DNA from: a cyanobacterium endosymbiont of Epithemia turgida isolate EtSB Lake Yunoko
GTDB taxonomy: Bacteria; Cyanobacteriota; Cyanobacteriia; Cyanobacteriales; Microcystaceae
DNA: 32,000 nt
Direction of reading: 5' to 3'
Assembly (NCBI RefSeq): GCF_000829235.1
Contig: NZ_AP012549.1
Span: 810,001-842,000 of the forward strand
Both the position numbers and the translations under genes were made by a program. This document shows, piece after piece, positions 29,566-32,000 of the stretch. Every line of letters begins with the position of its first letter. Position 1 is the first letter of the stretch. A model generated the notes under the pieces. It had not been told where the DNA came from. It did not search any database and saw only the letters and a list, made by a program, of their open reading frames with translations.

Positions 29566-29624
29566 TAAACAAATCATCAAGTCAAACTATTATTTCTTAC
29601 TTTCGACCTGAGTATTCTTAATTT

Positions 29625-30593
29625 ATGATTACACCTACTGCTTCTAAGTTTAAACAAACTGGAGTTGGCGTTCGCTCTGTTCTGGAGAAAACTTTCAATA
29701 CTGGTTTTATTTGGTTGACTTTAGCCTTTGCCGTCAGTATTGGGTTGATTTTATCGTCCATTGCCATTGTAATTATTATGCGAGCCTGGCCAGCAATTCA
29801 AACCTACAGGCTTGGCTTTATTACCAACAGTGCTTGGAATCCCGTTATAGGAAAGGAAAAATTCGGGGCGTTACCGGTTATTTATGGAACTATGATGAGT
29901 TCCTTCATCTCCCTACTCAGTGCCGTTCCCTTAGGGATAGGAACGGCACTGTTTTTAAGTGAGAATTTTATCCCTCTTCAATTCCGCACTCCCTTAGTGG
30001 TAATGGTGGAACTGTTAGCCGCCATTCCTAGTGTGGTGTATGGGCTATGGGGTATTTTTGTCCTAATTCCCACTATCAACCCTATTAGTTCCTGGTTACA
30101 CAACAACTTTAGCTGGGTACCTTTTTTTGCCACCCCTCCTGCTGGACCTGGAATGTTACCTGCAGGAATTGTCCTTGCTATTATGATTCTTCCTATTATT
30201 ACTGCAGTTTCCCGTGATTCTTTAGCTTCTTTGCCCCCTGAATTACGCCAAGCTTCTTTAAGCTTGGGAGCAACCCGTTGGGAAACAATTTTTCGTGTGT
30301 TGATTCCGTCAGCTATTTCAGGAATTGTTGGGGGAATTATGTTAGCTCTCGGTCGTGCCATGGGGGAAACTATGGCAGTTACGATGATTATCGGGAATGC
30401 TAATAAAATCAGCATCTCTCTACTCGAACCAGCAAACACTATCTCTTCTCTTTTAGCCAACCAATTTGCTGAAGCATCAGGAATGCAGGTTGCTGCCCTG
30501 ATGTATGCTGCTTTGGTCTTAATGGTTTTGACCTTAATTGTTAATGTTGCAGCCGATTGCATTGTAACTCAGGTGCGAGCCAAGTATCAGTAA
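29625..30593 (+). CDS. pstC: Phosphate ABC transporter permease PstC
   Basis: 322 aa and polytopic. It has an EAA-loop region (LPPELRQASLSLGATRWETIFRVLIP) and sits between pstS and pstA. Confidence 0.95.
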   Translation: MITPTASKFKQTGVGVRSVLEKTFNTGFIWLTLAFAVSIGLILSSIAIVIIMRAWPAIQTYRLGFITNSAWNPVIGKEKFGALPVIYGTMMSSFISLLSAVPLGIGTALFLSENFIPLQFRTPLVVMVELLAAIPSVVYGLWGIFVLIPTINPISSWLHNNFSWVPFFATPPAGPGMLPAGIVLAIMILPIITAVSRDSLASLPPELRQASLSLGATRWETIFRVLIPSAISGIVGGIMLALGRAMGETMAVTMIIGNANKISISLLEPANTISSLLANQFAEASGMQVAALMYAALVLMVLTLIVNVAADCIVTQVRAKYQ

Positions 30594-30760
30594 TAGACAA
30601 ATAGCAAAAATTAAGCTTTCTATCCTCTGTCTCTAGCGTTTTACTTTTTTAAAAAAATGACTGATTCAAGCACAACCGAGATTAGTTTAAGTATAAAAAA
30701 AAACTAGGCAGTCCCCGGGCTATATTTAATAGTTTATGGACGTTTTTAACCTTTTTATGT

Positions 30761-31540
30761 ATGATTATCACTTTGATACCATTGTTTTCGGTTCTTATCT
30801 TCGTGATGTTTCAGGGATTAGAACAAGTTAACCTGGATTTATTTACTAAGCTTCCCCCACCGCCTGGATTGTCACAAGGAGGTATTGCTAACGCTATTCT
30901 TGGCACTTTACTAACTGTAGGTTTAGCGACTCTTATTTCTGTTCCTATTGGGGTACTCACTGCCGTTTATCTATCGGAATTTAGCGCAGGGAATCAAATG
31001 GCCCGTTGGGTTCGTTTTGCAACCAATGTTCTCAGTGGAGTTCCTTCAATTATTGCTGGCATTTTCGCTTATGGTTTATTAGTTTCAACAAAAATTGTAG
31101 GGTTTTCTGCCGTTGCAGGAGGAGTAGCTTTAGCTGTATCAATGTTACCAACTATTATCCGGACGACCGATGAAGCCTTACAACTTATTCCTCAAGAAAT
31201 CCGTTGGGCGGCCTTTGGACTGGGAGCTTATAATTACCAAACAGTCTTAAAAGTTGTTCTTCCCGCGGCTGTTCCTGCTATTTTAACTGGGGTAACCTTA
31301 GCGATTGCCCGTGCTGCAGGAGAAACCGCTCCTTTAATTTTTACTGCTTTGTTTTCTAACTTTTGGCCTAAGGGCATCTTTGAACCTATTGCCACTCTAT
31401 CAGTGTTAGTTTATAACTATGCCATTGTCCCTTTTAAGCCCCAACAAGAATTAGCCTGGGCAGGGTCCTTAATTTTGGTCTTGTTAGTTTTAATTACCAA
31501 TGTGGCTGCTCGTTGGGCAACTCGACAGAAAACTCATTAA
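30761..31540 (+). CDS. pstA: Phosphate ABC transporter permease PstA. The ORF as it stands lacks the ancestral N-terminus, which is separated by a frame change in an A9 run
   Basis: 259 aa with the PstA EAA loop (IPQEIRWAAFGLGAYNYQTVLKVVLP). An ATG at 30657 opens MTDSSTTEISLSIKKN*, which ends at TAG 30705-30707. The downstream frame is already open and sensible from 30686 (..KKLGSPRAIFNSLWTFLTFLC MIITL..). One extra A in the run at 30695-30703 would fuse both into a typical PstA of about 294 aa. Confidence 0.85.
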   Translation: MIITLIPLFSVLIFVMFQGLEQVNLDLFTKLPPPPGLSQGGIANAILGTLLTVGLATLISVPIGVLTAVYLSEFSAGNQMARWVRFATNVLSGVPSIIAGIFAYGLLVSTKIVGFSAVAGGVALAVSMLPTIIRTTDEALQLIPQEIRWAAFGLGAYNYQTVLKVVLPAAVPAILTGVTLAIARAAGETAPLIFTALFSNFWPKGIFEPIATLSVLVYNYAIVPFKPQQELAWAGSLILVLLVLITNVAARWATRQKTH

Positions 31541-31576
31541 TTGATAGTGAACAGTTAATAGTAGTAGAGGACTTTG

Positions 31577-32000
31577 ATGATAGATAACGAGATTTCGGAT
31601 TCTATTAAGACAGAGACAGTTTTTAGCTTAGAAAATGTTGATATCTTCTATGGAGATTATCACGCGGTTAGAGATGTTACTTTTACCATTCCTAAAAACC
31701 AAGTAACTGCTTTTATCGGTCCTTCAGGGTGTGGAAAAAGCACTATTCTACGGTGTTTAAATCGACTCAACGATTTAAACGAAATCTTTCGCCTAACGGG
31801 AACTATTTCCTATCATGGACAAGATCTCTATGCACCTGATATTGATTCTGTAGAAGTAAGAAAACGGATCGGAATGGTCTTCCAAAAACCTAATCCTTTC
31901 CCAAAAACTATTTACGATAACATCGTTTACGGAGCGAGAATAAATAATTACGAGGGAGATCTTGATGAATTAGTAGAGACTTCCCTAAAAAGAGTTGCCC
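31577..32000 (+). CDS. pstB: Phosphate ABC transporter ATP-binding protein PstB (5' part; continues beyond the window)
   Basis: From the ATG at 31577 the translation is [67 protein letters not shown]...[19 protein letters not shown]. It contains Walker A and PstB-typical blocks and has no stop before the window end. Confidence 0.95.
   Translation, partial: MIDNEISDSIKTETVFSLENVDIFYGDYHAVRDVTFTIPKNQVTAFIGPSGCGKSTILRCLNRLNDLNEIFRLTGTISYHGQDLYAPDIDSVEVRKRIGMVFQKPNPFPKTIYDNIVYGARINNYEGDLDELVETSLKRVA

Noticed and set aside
29711-30562. ORFs 29711-29962(+) and 29978-30562(-)
   Set aside because: They are an alternative frame of pstC and an antisense frame to pstC, both nested in a well-supported permease gene.

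Overview
Low-GC cyanobacterial chromosome segment that is partly eroded. Fifteen apparently intact genes sum to about 16.9 kb, roughly 53% of the 32 kb: mraY, a tlyA-type methyltransferase, a SpoIID/LytB-domain protein, a GyrA/ParC-family subunit, glgX, sufE, a NifS/IscS-type cysteine desulfurase, a membrane pentapeptide-repeat protein, a small membrane ORF, DUF2079 and PIG-V-like membrane proteins, and pstS-pstC-pstA-pstB. Between them lie 1-2 kb spacers that are very AT-rich and saturated with stop codons. By translating the spacers by eye I could read six decayed genes. These are chlL and chlN (light-independent protochlorophyllide reductase), a second SphX/PstS-like phosphate-binding lipoprotein divergent from the intact pst operon, a CheY-like receiver, a partial paralogous copy of the SpoIID gene, and a small Cys/His-rich gene of unknown function. 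Other notable points: pstA has its N-terminus cut off by a frame change inside an A9 run; a 93-bp element with 11-bp terminal inverted repeats and a 7-bp flanking duplication sits in the pstS-pstC spacer; three long near-perfect palindromes occur, two of them inside pseudogenes. Inference: this is a host-restricted cyanobacterium that has lost or is losing chlorophyll synthesis, of the unicellular diazotroph (Cyanothece/Crocosphaera-like) type. The spheroid body (diazoplast) of rhopalodiacean diatoms is the obvious candidate, but I cannot verify that without a database search. I saw no rRNA, tRNA, CRISPR array, transposase, prophage or recognisable defence locus. I found no convincing novel multi-gene system; what stands out is the pattern and mechanism of gene loss.
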